From NCBI GenBank assembly GCA_963720545.1, contig OY970399.1, positions 3,392,001 through 3,456,000 on the forward strand: a stretch of DNA of 64,000 bases, read 5' to 3'. The DNA comes from an uncultured Acidobacteriota bacterium. GTDB taxonomy: Bacteria > Acidobacteriota > Vicinamibacteria > Fen-336. Positions 29,642-38,712 of this stretch are shown in pieces. Under the pieces are notes generated by a model that did no database searches, was not told where the DNA came from, and saw only the letters and a program-made list of their open reading frames with translations. Position 1 is the first letter of the stretch, and each line of letters opens with the position of its first letter. The position numbers and the translations under genes are program-made.

Positions 29642-29659
29642 GGGCGCGACGCTATCACT

Positions 29660-31705
29660 TCATTCGCGAAACCATTTGAAGATGCGGCGGCGCAGCTTGT
29701 CGAGCGCCGAGACCACGGCGCGCTGCAACTCCTGCTTGAAGGTGCCCTCGTGCAGCTGGCACATCGCGGTGGGACGCTCGTCGCCTTCCTTGAAGTACTC
29801 GACGTAGGTGGGGCAGCCGTTCACGGGCCGCCGATAGGTCACGCTGCACAGTTCGGCCGGCACCAGCCCCGGCGGCGGCGGCGCAAACGCCTTGAACGGG
29901 CGGATGCGCGCCGAGCGCTTCATGAAGTCGGCCCAGATCGGCAGCGCCGCTCGCGCGCCATAGGCGCGCTCGGCGATCGTGGCCGGCTGGTCGTAGCCCA
30001 CCCACACCGCGGCCACCAGGCTCGACGAGAAGCCGACGAACCACGCATCCTTGAAATCGTTGGTGGTGCCGGTCTTGCCGCCCACCGGGCCGAGAGCGAA
30101 GCGCAGCGCGGGCGTGCCGGTGCCGCGCGCCACCGCATCGCGCAGCAGCGACACCATCTGGTAGGCGGTCTCCTCGGAGAGCGCGCGCTCGCGCACCGGT
30201 GCTCGGGCGTACGTCTCGGCGCCGTCGCCGTCCACGATGCGCACGATGCCGCGCGGCCTCACGCTCAGGCCGCCGTTCGCGAACGCGGCGTAGGCGGCGC
30301 TCAGCAGGAGCGGCGAGGTCAGGCCGGTGCCGAGCGCCAGCGACGGTACGTCGGGCTGGTCGCGCACGCCGAGCCGGTCGGCGAGCCGCAGCACCGCGCC
30401 CGTGCCGGCGCGCTGCTGCACCACCACGGCGGCGGCGTTGTTCGACTGGATGAAGCCCTCGCGCGCGGTCAGCTCGGCGGCTTCCGCGTGTTCGCCGCCG
30501 GGCGTCCACTCTTCCTCGCCCGGCTCGCCGGGAATGGCGATGTCGCGCAAGCCGCCCAGCATGCTCACCGGCGTCAGGCCGTGCTCGAGAGCCGCGGCGT
30601 ACACGATCGGCTTGAAGGCGGAGCCCGGCTGGCGCAGCGCCTGCGAGGCGCGGTTGAACGGAAAGCGGTTGACGTCGCGGCCGCCGACGATCGCGAGCAC
30701 ATCGCCCGTCTGCGGATCGAGTGCGACCAGCGCCGCCTGCAGGTCGCGGCGGCCGAGGCGCCGCAGGCCGTCGGCGAGCGCGCGTTCGGCGGCATCCTGG
30801 AGCGCCGGCACGAACGTCGTCTCCACCTGCCAGTCGGGCGGCGCGTCGTCGCCGAACTGGCGGCGAAACTCGGCGCGCAGGAATTCCTTGGCATAGCCGC
30901 CGCGCGGGCTCACCGAGGCCGGTGGCGGCGCGAGGCGCAGGCGCGCCAGGTGCGCAAGCGCCGCGGCGCGCGGGGTGACGTAGCCCTCGGCCTGCAGCCG
31001 GTCCAGCACCACGAAGCTGCGCGCGCGCGCGGCGCTGAAGTTCGACCATGGCGAAAGCGCCGTCGGCGACTTGAGGAGCCCGGCGAGGAGCGCCGCCTCG
31101 GCAAGCGTCACGCTCGCCGCCGGCTTCGCGAACACCGCCTGCGACATGGCCTCGAAGCCGTAGCGCCCCGAGCCAAGATAGGCGCGGTTCATGTACAGCT
31201 CGAGGATCTGGTCCTTGCTGAGTTCGCTCTCGAGCATCAGCGCGAGCACCGCTTCCTTCGCCTTGCGTCCGACGGTGCGGCGGTTGGAGAGGAACAGGCT
31301 GCGCGCCAGCTGCTGGGTGAGGGTGCTGCCGCCCTCCACCATCCGGCCGGCCCTGGCGTTGCGCCAGACGGCGCGCGCGAACGCGATCGGGTCGAGGCCG
31401 GGGTGCCGGCGGAAGCGATGGTCCTCGACGGCCACGACCGCGTCGCGCAGCACCGGCGCCATCTGCGCGAGCGGCACGTCGCGGCGATGGTCGTCGAGCC
31501 GGAACCACGGCTGTCCGTCGGCAGAGAGGAACACGGTGTCGCCGACGCCGCGCGCGAGGCGGTGCACGGCGAGCGCGTAGCGCGCGAACCAGCCGAGCGC
31601 CGTGAGGCCCGCGGCTGCGCACAGAACCACGAGCGCCGCGGCGAAGAGGTCGCGGCGCGAGCGGGAGCGAAGCCGCAGCGACACCGACCGCAAGCGCGCG
31701 AGCAT
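29660..31705 (-). CDS. Class A penicillin-binding protein (PBP1A family)
   Basis: EDHRF, GGSTLTQQL, RKAKE; SAFK, SNN, KTG transpeptidase motifs. Confidence 0.92.
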   Translation of the reverse strand: MLARLRSVSLRLRSRSRRDLFAAALVVLCAAAGLTALGWFARYALAVHRLARGVGDTVFLSADGQPWFRLDDHRRDVPLAQMAPVLRDAVVAVEDHRFRRHPGLDPIAFARAVWRNARAGRMVEGGSTLTQQLARSLFLSNRRTVGRKAKEAVLALMLESELSKDQILELYMNRAYLGSGRYGFEAMSQAVFAKPAASVTLAEAALLAGLLKSPTALSPWSNFSAARARSFVVLDRLQAEGYVTPRAAALAHLARLRLAPPPASVSPRGGYAKEFLRAEFRRQFGDDAPPDWQVETTFVPALQDAAERALADGLRRLGRRDLQAALVALDPQTGDVLAIVGGRDVNRFPFNRASQALRQPGSAFKPIVYAAALEHGLTPVSMLGGLRDIAIPGEPGEEEWTPGGEHAEAAELTAREGFIQSNNAAAVVVQQRAGTGAVLRLADRLGVRDQPDVPSLALGTGLTSPLLLSAAYAAFANGGLSVRPRGIVRIVDGDGAETYARAPVRERALSEETAYQMVSLLRDAVARGTGTPALRFALGPVGGKTGTTNDFKDAWFVGFSSSLVAAVWVGYDQPATIAERAYGARAALPIWADFMKRSARIRPFKAFAPPPPGLVPAELCSVTYRRPVNGCPTYVEYFKEGDERPTAMCQLHEGTFKQELQRAVVSALDKLRRRIFKWFRE

Positions 31706-31785
31706 CCTTGACGACAACTCTAGCCGCGCGTGCCGTGCAGCCAGTAGCAGCGGTGCCGCGGCGATTGCCGTTAGAGTCGAAGTAA

Positions 31786-32778
31786 ATGCCGGCACGGCGC
31801 GCAATCGACCTGGCGATCATCGGCGCGGGGCCGGCCGGCCTCGCGGTCGGGATCGCCGCGCGCAACGCTTGTCTCGAGCACGTGGTGCTCGAGAAGGGCG
31901 TGCTGGTCAACTCGATCTTCAATTTCCCGCGCCACATGACGTTCTTCACGACGCCCGACCTGCTGGAGATCGGCGGCCTGCCGTTCGTGACGCCCTACGA
32001 GAAGCCGACCCAGGCCGAGGCGCTGCGCTACTACCGGCGTGTCACCGACACCTGCGGCGTCAACGTCGAGCTGAGGGTCGCCGTGGGTTCGGTCGAGCCG
32101 GACACGCCGGGCTTCTCATTGGGCGTGCGCCGCAACGGTGAGGAAGAAACGCTCCGCGCCAGGAACGTCGTGGTCGCGACGGGTTACTACGACCATCCGA
32201 ACCGCCTCGACATCGCCGGCGAGGACCTGCCGCACGTGAGCCACTACTACACCGAGCCGCACGGCCACTACCGCCGCGACGTGGTGGTCGTCGGTGGCAA
32301 GAACTCGGCCGCGATCGCGGCGCTCGAGCTGTCGCGCGCCGGCGCGCGTGTCACGCTCGTGCATCGCCGGCCGGCGCTCGCCGCGTCGATCAAGTACTGG
32401 ATCCGCCCCGACATCGAGAACCGCATCAGGGAGGGCGCGATTGCGGCGCGCTTCTCGTCCCGGCTCACCTCGATCGGCGAGCGCAGCGTCCTGGTCGCCG
32501 GCGAATTCGGCAGCGAGACCGAAATTCCGGCCGACGCGGTGCTGCTCATGACCGGCTATCACCCCGACACGAGGCTCCTGACCTGCGCCGGCGCCGCGAT
32601 CGATCCCGACACGCTCAAGCCGCGCCTCGACCCCGCCACCTTCGAGACCGATGTGCCGGGCCTTTTCGTCGCGGGCTCGGCGGTTTCGGGCCGGGAGACC
32701 GGCCGCATCTTCATAGAGAACGGCCGGTTCCACGGCGAGGCGATCGTGAAGCGGATTACTTCTTCCGCGTCATCCTGA
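31786..32778 (+). CDS. ypdA: YpdA-family putative bacillithiol disulfide reductase
   Basis: GAGPAG, MTFFTT, EALRYY, ATGYYD, GGKNSA, KYWIRPDIENRI, FIENGRFH. Confidence 0.88.
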   Translation: MPARRAIDLAIIGAGPAGLAVGIAARNACLEHVVLEKGVLVNSIFNFPRHMTFFTTPDLLEIGGLPFVTPYEKPTQAEALRYYRRVTDTCGVNVELRVAVGSVEPDTPGFSLGVRRNGEEETLRARNVVVATGYYDHPNRLDIAGEDLPHVSHYYTEPHGHYRRDVVVVGGKNSAAIAALELSRAGARVTLVHRRPALAASIKYWIRPDIENRIREGAIAARFSSRLTSIGERSVLVAGEFGSETEIPADAVLLMTGYHPDTRLLTCAGAAIDPDTLKPRLDPATFETDVPGLFVAGSAVSGRETGRIFIENGRFHGEAIVKRITSSASS

Positions 32779-33601
32779 ACATCCGGCTGTCGCCGTCCGG
32801 CTTGCCGCCGGAGAAGCTGGTCCATTCCGCGTCGTAGTGGTCGGCATCCTTCACGGCGATCCAGCCCTGATGGATGTGGCTGGTGGCGGCGCCGATGTTG
32901 CTGCCGCCGGCGTAGCCGAACGTGAGCCTGCCGCCCTTCGTGTCCTCGAGCATCATGCGCGGCTGGTTGCCGCCCGAGCAGTAATGGGTGAGGACCAGGT
33001 TGGCGCCGTCCATGTGGTAGACGCTCATCATTTCGTCGGGCGTGCCGGGAAAGAGCGTCTCGGTGACGGCGCTGCCGCCGCCGGTGGTGCGGACCGAGAC
33101 TGTGACCCCGTCGGGGCTGAGCCAGTCGCCCTGCAGGCTCTTCAGCTGCTCGAACGCCTGCTGCGGCGTCGCGGATGCCTGGTCGTCGGCCGCGTAAACG
33201 GTCGCGCAGGCCGTCAGTGCCAGCAGCGCCCCGAGCGCGCGCACCGCGGACGCGCGGTACCGCTGCGTGGCGAAGCCGACGATCATGCCGACGAGCGCTC
33301 CCGGGATCATGATTTCCCAGAAGTACACCTTGCCAGTCGCGGGGTCGGCCGCGATCGCGATCGGATACGCGAGCGCCGCGCCCACCACCAGCCCGGCGAG
33401 GATGCCGAGCGGCAGCGAATTCACCTTGCGCGCGAACCAGCCGATGATGGCGCCGGCCACCAGCCCCTTGAAGGTTGAACCGACCACGATGGTCAGGATC
33501 TGCGGCTTCACCTCCGGAGCGGAGACGAGCGCGGTGAGACCGTCGAGGGCGCCGAGAACGGCGCCGAGCACCAGGCCGAAGAGCAGCTTGTTCATTCCCA
33601 T
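32756..33601 (-). CDS. Hypothetical protein: 4-TM domain followed by a secreted-type domain
   Basis: Gly-rich TM N-half, internal signal-like stretch, then AFEQLKSLQGDW...LTHYCSGGNQPRM domain. Confidence 0.7.
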   Translation of the reverse strand: MGMNKLLFGLVLGAVLGALDGLTALVSAPEVKPQILTIVVGSTFKGLVAGAIIGWFARKVNSLPLGILAGLVVGAALAYPIAIAADPATGKVYFWEIMIPGALVGMIVGFATQRYRASAVRALGALLALTACATVYAADDQASATPQQAFEQLKSLQGDWLSPDGVTVSVRTTGGGSAVTETLFPGTPDEMMSVYHMDGANLVLTHYCSGGNQPRMMLEDTKGGRLTFGYAGGSNIGAATSHIHQGWIAVKDADHYDAEWTSFSGGKPDGDSRMFRMTRKK

Positions 33602-33644
33602 GTCCCTCTGTTAACCGCAGCGCCCCGGTCCTTTAAAAACCCGC

Positions 33645-34574
33645 CTACGCCGGCCGCATGAACACCAGGAAGAGCAGGCGCACGATCAGGTACGCGGCGA
33701 TGAGCCCGACCGCGAGACGATACCTCGCCAGCCAGCGCAGCGCGCGCTCGGCCGGGTTTTCGCGGTACGCCGAAACCGCCTCGCCGGCGTCGAACAGCGA
33801 CACGTCGCGAAGCAGCGCCGCCGCCGAAGGGTAGCGCTCGGCCGGCGCCTCGGCCGCGGCCTTGCCGGCGATCGCCCGCAGCCGCTTCGGCACCTCGCCG
33901 CCCGCGAGCAGGTGCGCCAGGATGCCGCCCAGCGCATAGACGTCGGCGCGTTCGTCGATGGCGGGCGCGTCGGGCTGCGCCTGCGCCTGTTCGGGCGCCA
34001 TGTACCCGGGCGTGCCGAAGGCGCCCGAGCGCGCCCCGGCCGGCGCGTCGCGCCGGCGCGCCAGGCCCCAGTCCATGACCAGCACTTCGCCGAAAGCGCC
34101 CGTCATCACGTTCTGCGGCTTGAGGTCGAGATGCAGCACGCCGTGGGCATGGCAGAAGGCGACCGCCTCGCAGACGCGCACGAAGATGCGCAGGCGCTCG
34201 GCGAGGGGTGTGGCGGGCTCGAGCTGGTCGAGGCGCCGGCCGCTGACGCGTTGCATCGCGTAGAACACCCGGCCGTCCTGGAGCGTGCCGACGTCGTGCA
34301 CCGGCACGATGCCCGGGTGCTCGAGCGCCGCGATGGTGCGCGCTTCGCGCTGCATGCGGCTGCGCGCCGCGGCCGAGCTGTCCACGGTGTCCACGACCTT
34401 GAGCGCCACCTCGCGGTCGAGCTCGCGGTCGTGCGCAAGGTAGACGGTGGCCATGCCGCCGCGGCCGAGCGTGCCGAGGATCTCGTAGCGCGTGGCGCCG
34501 ACATCGGGCAGGTCGGCAACCTGCCGCAGCCGCGCCACCGCGGCATCGCTGAGCGGCGCCTTTGGCAGCGTCAC
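33645..34574 (-). CDS. Ser/Thr protein kinase with C-terminal membrane anchor
   Basis: GRGGMATV, VALK, HLDLKPQN, DWG, GTPGYMAPE; C-terminal TM. Confidence 0.9.
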   Translation of the reverse strand: MTLPKAPLSDAAVARLRQVADLPDVGATRYEILGTLGRGGMATVYLAHDRELDREVALKVVDTVDSSAAARSRMQREARTIAALEHPGIVPVHDVGTLQDGRVFYAMQRVSGRRLDQLEPATPLAERLRIFVRVCEAVAFCHAHGVLHLDLKPQNVMTGAFGEVLVMDWGLARRRDAPAGARSGAFGTPGYMAPEQAQAQPDAPAIDERADVYALGGILAHLLAGGEVPKRLRAIAGKAAAEAPAERYPSAAALLRDVSLFDAGEAVSAYRENPAERALRWLARYRLAVGLIAAYLIVRLLFLVFMRPA

Positions 34575-34575
34575 T

Positions 34576-35325
34576 TCACGACACCTCGATGCCGAGGATG
34601 GCTCGCGCCTCGGCCCGGTACTCGGCCTCGCTGCCGGTGATGGAAGCGAGCGTCGCGAGCACGGCCTGGCGGAAGCGCGCGCGGCACCACGCGAGGTGGT
34701 TCGTCACCTGGGTCACGGCGATCCCGTGGCGCGCGGCGAGCACGGCGTAGCTGGGGCGCGCGGCGTTGTCCTCGGGTTCGAGGTCGTACGCCTCGAAGAT
34801 CGCGAACTGCACGTCCTTGCCGCGCGCCGCGCACTCGCTGCGCAGGCGACCCACCGCTTCGGCAAACAGGTGGCGCACCCATTCGCGGCGGAACAGCTCC
34901 TCGACGTCCGCGTCGGCCGCTGCCGGCTCGCGGCCGCGCAGTTCGCCCTCCGCGGTCGCGAAGTCGAGCGGCAGCAGCAACGCGCCGCCGCCGCGCTTCA
35001 AGCGCAGCTGTGCCTTGCGCGCGTTCTGCACGAAGCCGTCGATGCAGGTGCGCAGGTAGGTGCGGAAGCGCGCGCGGTCCTGGTCGTAGCGTGCGAAGAA
35101 GCTCTTCTCGAATGCCGCGGCGAAGAAGCCCTGCACCAGATCCTCTGCCTCCTCCTCGGCGGCGTGCCACTGCAGGCGCACGTACTTGTATGCCGGCTTC
35201 CAGTAGGAACCAACGATCGCTTCGAACGCGATGCGGCGCGCGGCGTCGTCGCCGTCGCGGGCCGCGGCGATCATCGAGCCGCGGGTCGCGGGGAATCCGC
35301 CGCCGGCATTGCGAGGCGGGATCAT
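34576..35325 (-). CDS. ECF sigma factor, kinase-associated type
   Basis: FPATRGS, YWKPAY, EAEDLVQGFF, RFRTYL, KRGG, FRREW; adjacent kinase. Confidence 0.85.
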   Translation of the reverse strand: MIPPRNAGGGFPATRGSMIAAARDGDDAARRIAFEAIVGSYWKPAYKYVRLQWHAAEEEAEDLVQGFFAAAFEKSFFARYDQDRARFRTYLRTCIDGFVQNARKAQLRLKRGGGALLLPLDFATAEGELRGREPAAADADVEELFRREWVRHLFAEAVGRLRSECAARGKDVQFAIFEAYDLEPEDNAARPSYAVLAARHGIAVTQVTNHLAWCRARFRQAVLATLASITGSEAEYRAEARAILGIEVS

Positions 35326-35351
35326 GGCGGGGACAAGATAACATTCCGGGC
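35326..35351. promoter_or_regulatory. Overlapping divergent -10 elements for the ECF gene and pgpA
   Basis: TAACAT (+) 35339-35344, 7 nt before GTG; TG-extended TATCTT (-) 35340-35335. Confidence 0.55.
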
Positions 35352-35816
35352 GTGCAGCGCCTGGCGCAACTCATCGGCACCGGCCTCGGCTCCGGGTACT
35401 CGCGGTTCGCCCCCGGCACCGCCGGTTCGGCGCTGGGCGCGCTCATCCTCTGGCTGGGGTTCGCCGGCCGCCCCACCTGGACGCTCGGCCTCGCCTGCGT
35501 GCTGCTCTACCCGGTTGCCGTGTGGTCCGCCGGCGTCGTCGCGCGGCTGAGCGGCCGCAAGGATCCCGGCCTCGTCGTCATCGACGAGGTGCTCGGCATG
35601 TGGATCAGCGTGCTGGCCCTGCCCCTGACCGTGGCCAACATCGTGGCCGCGTTCTTCCTGTTCCGGCTGTTCGACGTGCTGAAGCCGCCGCCGTGCCGCG
35701 CGCTCGAGCACCTGCCGGAGGGCCACGGCATCGTTTGCGACGACGTCATGGCCGGCGTCTACGCCAACCTCGCCCTGCGCGTCGCGCTGCTGGTGCTGGC
35801 GGCCGCGGCGCGATGA
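35352..35816 (+). CDS. pgpA: Phosphatidylglycerophosphatase A
   Basis: APGTAGS, KDPGLVVIDEVLG, FRLFDVLKP, GIVCDDVMAG. Confidence 0.93.
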   Translation: MQRLAQLIGTGLGSGYSRFAPGTAGSALGALILWLGFAGRPTWTLGLACVLLYPVAVWSAGVVARLSGRKDPGLVVIDEVLGMWISVLALPLTVANIVAAFFLFRLFDVLKPPPCRALEHLPEGHGIVCDDVMAGVYANLALRVALLVLAAAAR

Positions 35817-37060
35817 GGGCGGAGATCCTGGCGATTGGCAGCGAGCTGCTGGCGCCGGGGCGCATCGAGACGAATGCCGGCGAGATCACCCAGGCGCTGC
35901 TCGAAATCGGCATCGACGTGGTCGCGCGCAGCGTGGTGGCCGACGACGCCGTGGCGGTCACGGCCGCGTTCGCCACGGCGCTGCGCCGCGCCGAGGTGGT
36001 GATCTCGACCGGAGGCCTGGGCCCGACCGCGGACGACCTCACGCGTGAGGCGGCGGCGGCGGCGCTCGGCCGCAACCTGTACCGGGACCCGCAGGCGCTG
36101 CGCGACCTCGAGGAGCGCTTCGCACGCTTCGGCCGGGTGATGGCAGAGGTCAACGCGCAACAGGCCGACGTCATCGAAGGCGGCCGCCTGCTGCAGAACG
36201 CGAACGGCTCGGCGCCCGGCCAGTGGCTCGAGCACGGCGACCGCATCGTGGTGCTTTTGCCCGGGCCGCCGCAGGAGATGCGGCCGATGGTCCTGGAGCA
36301 GGTGATTCCGCCGCTGCGCGCGCGCGGCGGCTCGCGCGTGCTGCGCCGGCGGATCATGCGTATCGCCTCGATGGGCGAGAGCGACGCCGAGCAGGTGCTG
36401 GCGCCGATCTACAAGACGTACGACAACCCGCGCACCACCATCCTCGGCGGCGCGGGACAGGTCGAGCTGCAGCTGGTGGCCGACGGCGACACGCCCGCGG
36501 CAGCCGAGGAGCGGCTCGAGGCCCTGGCCGGGGCGCTGCGCGCGGCGCTGCCCGACCGCTTCTACAGCGAGGACGGCCAGGAGCTGCCGGAGGTCGTCGG
36601 CGGGCTGCTGCTCGCGAACCAGGCGACGCTGGCGGTGGCCGAGTCGTGCACCGGCGGCCTCATCGCCAAGCGGCTCACCGACGTGCCGGGATCGAGCGCC
36701 TGGTTCGAGCGCGGCTTCGTCACCTACTCGAACGCATCGAAGTCGGAAATGCTCGGCGTCGACGCGGGGCTCATCGCTTCGGCCGGCGCCGTTTCCGAAG
36801 CGGTCGCCGAGGCGATGGCGTCGGGTGCCCGCAAGCGCGCCCGCACCACCTTCGCGCTGTCCGTCACCGGAATCGCCGGGCCCGACGGCGGCAGCGACGA
36901 CAAGCCCGTCGGCCTGACGTTCCTGGCGCTCGCCGGCCCGCGCGCCACACGTACCCGCAAGGTACGCTTCATCGGCGACCGCATCCGCGTGCGCCGGCAG
37001 GCATCGCAGGCGGCGCTCGAGATGCTGCGCCGCACCTTGCTCGGCCTCGCGCCGTGGTGA
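35813..37060 (+). CDS. cinA: Competence/damage-inducible protein A (with PncC domain)
   Basis: IGSELL, GGLGPTADDLT, LPGPPQEM, AESCTGG, TGIAGP. Confidence 0.95.
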   Translation: MRAEILAIGSELLAPGRIETNAGEITQALLEIGIDVVARSVVADDAVAVTAAFATALRRAEVVISTGGLGPTADDLTREAAAAALGRNLYRDPQALRDLEERFARFGRVMAEVNAQQADVIEGGRLLQNANGSAPGQWLEHGDRIVVLLPGPPQEMRPMVLEQVIPPLRARGGSRVLRRRIMRIASMGESDAEQVLAPIYKTYDNPRTTILGGAGQVELQLVADGDTPAAAEERLEALAGALRAALPDRFYSEDGQELPEVVGGLLLANQATLAVAESCTGGLIAKRLTDVPGSSAWFERGFVTYSNASKSEMLGVDAGLIASAGAVSEAVAEAMASGARKRARTTFALSVTGIAGPDGGSDDKPVGLTFLALAGPRATRTRKVRFIGDRIRVRRQASQAALEMLRRTLLGLAPW

Positions 37061-37064
37061 GCGC

Positions 37065-37661
37065 GTGAGTGTGAGCCCGCTGCTGGTGCTCGCCGGCGGC
37101 TACCTGCTCGGGTCGATCCCGTTCAGTTTCCTGGTCGCGCGCCTGTTCGGTGTCGCGGACGTGCGCAAGGTGGGCAGCGGCAACGTCGGCGCCACCAATG
37201 TCGCGCGCACCGCGGGCAAGGGGCCGGGCCTCGTGGCCTTCCTCCTCGACGCGGGCAAGGGCGCCGCGGCGGTCGCACTCGCGGCGCGCTTCGCGGGATC
37301 GCCATGGCCGGTGTTCGCCGGCGCGCTCGCGGTGCTCGGCCACATGTTCCCGCCGTGGCTCGGAGGGAAGGGCGGCAAGGGTGTCGCGACCGGCGCCGGC
37401 GTCTTCCTGCCGATAGCGCCGTGGGCGGTGGCGGCGGCGCTCGCGGTCTTCGCGGCGGCGCTCGCGGTGACGCGCATGGTGTCGCTCGGCTCGGTCGCCG
37501 GCTGCCTGGTGCTGGCCGCGGCGATGTTCCTGCTGCGCGGCCCGGGCGCCGAAAGCTTCACCGCGGCAGCGCTCGCCGCGCTCATCATCTGGAAGCACAG
37601 GGGCAACCTCGGGCGCATCGCCCGCGGCGAGGAGCACAGGCTGGGGAGCGGCGGTTCGTGA
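37065..37661 (+). CDS. plsY: Acyl-phosphate glycerol-3-phosphate acyltransferase
   Basis: YLLGSIPF, GSGNVGATN, DAGKG, GGKGVAT, HRGNLGRI. Confidence 0.95.
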   Translation: MSVSPLLVLAGGYLLGSIPFSFLVARLFGVADVRKVGSGNVGATNVARTAGKGPGLVAFLLDAGKGAAAVALAARFAGSPWPVFAGALAVLGHMFPPWLGGKGGKGVATGAGVFLPIAPWAVAAALAVFAAALAVTRMVSLGSVAGCLVLAAAMFLLRGPGAESFTAAALAALIIWKHRGNLGRIARGEEHRLGSGGS

Positions 37662-38644
37662 AGGCAGCTGTCTTCGGCGGCGGCTCGTGGGGCAGTGCAC
37701 TGGCGATCGAGCTGCACGCGGCGGGCCACGCGGTTTCCCTGTGGATGCGCCGCGGCGACCACGCGCAGGAGGTCGCGAGGACGCGGCGCTGCGACCCGTA
37801 TCTTCCGGGCATCGCGCTGCCGGCCGAGGTACGGATCACCGCCGACCTGGCGGCCGCGGCGCACGGCGCGCAACTCGCCGTGGTCGCGGTGCCGTCCGAA
37901 TACTGCCGCGGCGTTTACCGGCAGCTGGCCCCGCACCTCGGCACCGCCGCCTACGTGCTGTCGGCCACCAAGGGCTTCGAGCTGTCCTCGCTGCTGCGGA
38001 TGAGCGAGGTGGCCGCGCAGGAGCTGCCGGGGCGCAGGATCGCCGCCCTGTCCGGTCCGTCGTTTGCGCTCGAAGTGGCGCGCGGCCTGCCGACCGCGGT
38101 GGTGGTGGCGTCGTCCGCTATCGCGACCAGCGAGGAGCTGCAGCGTGCCCTTGCGACGCGGGTATTCCGCGCCTACGCGAGCGGCGACGTGATCGGCGTC
38201 GAGGTCGCGGGCGCGCTCAAGAACGTCATCGCGATCGCGGCCGGCATCGTCACCGGCCTCGAGCTCGGCGACAACGCGGTCGCCGCCCTGATCACCCGCG
38301 GGCTCGTCGAGATCTCGCGGCTGGCGCGCGCCATGGGCGGGCAGGAAGAGACGCTCTCGGGACTTGCGGGCCTGGGCGACCTGGTGCTCACCTGCACCGG
38401 CAGCCTGTCGCGCAACCGGCGCCTCGGCGAGGAGCTGGGCCGCGGCCGTTCGCTTCCCGAGGCGGTGGCGGCGACGCCGATGGTGGCCGAAGGCGTCCGC
38501 ACCACCCTGGCGGCGTGCCAGCTGGCGGCCGCACACGGCGTCGAGATGCCCATCGCGGAGCAGATGAAGGGAGTTCTCCACGGCGCTCGCAACGTGCGCG
38601 AAGCGGTGGCCGAACTGATGACGCGCCCTTTGAAAAGGGAGTAG
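37658..38644 (+). CDS. gpsA: NAD(P)H-dependent glycerol-3-phosphate dehydrogenase
   Basis: GGGSWG, TKG, LSGPSFA, ALKNVIAI, GLGDLVLTC, SRNR. Confidence 0.95.
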   Translation: MKAAVFGGGSWGSALAIELHAAGHAVSLWMRRGDHAQEVARTRRCDPYLPGIALPAEVRITADLAAAAHGAQLAVVAVPSEYCRGVYRQLAPHLGTAAYVLSATKGFELSSLLRMSEVAAQELPGRRIAALSGPSFALEVARGLPTAVVVASSAIATSEELQRALATRVFRAYASGDVIGVEVAGALKNVIAIAAGIVTGLELGDNAVAALITRGLVEISRLARAMGGQEETLSGLAGLGDLVLTCTGSLSRNRRLGEELGRGRSLPEAVAATPMVAEGVRTTLAACQLAAAHGVEMPIAEQMKGVLHGARNVREAVAELMTRPLKRE

Positions 38645-38712
38645 AGTAAGTCCCTACGCTCCAATGACTAGGCGGTAAAATCCGCGTCCGCGCGGAGGGG
38701 GAAAGCGAAGGC

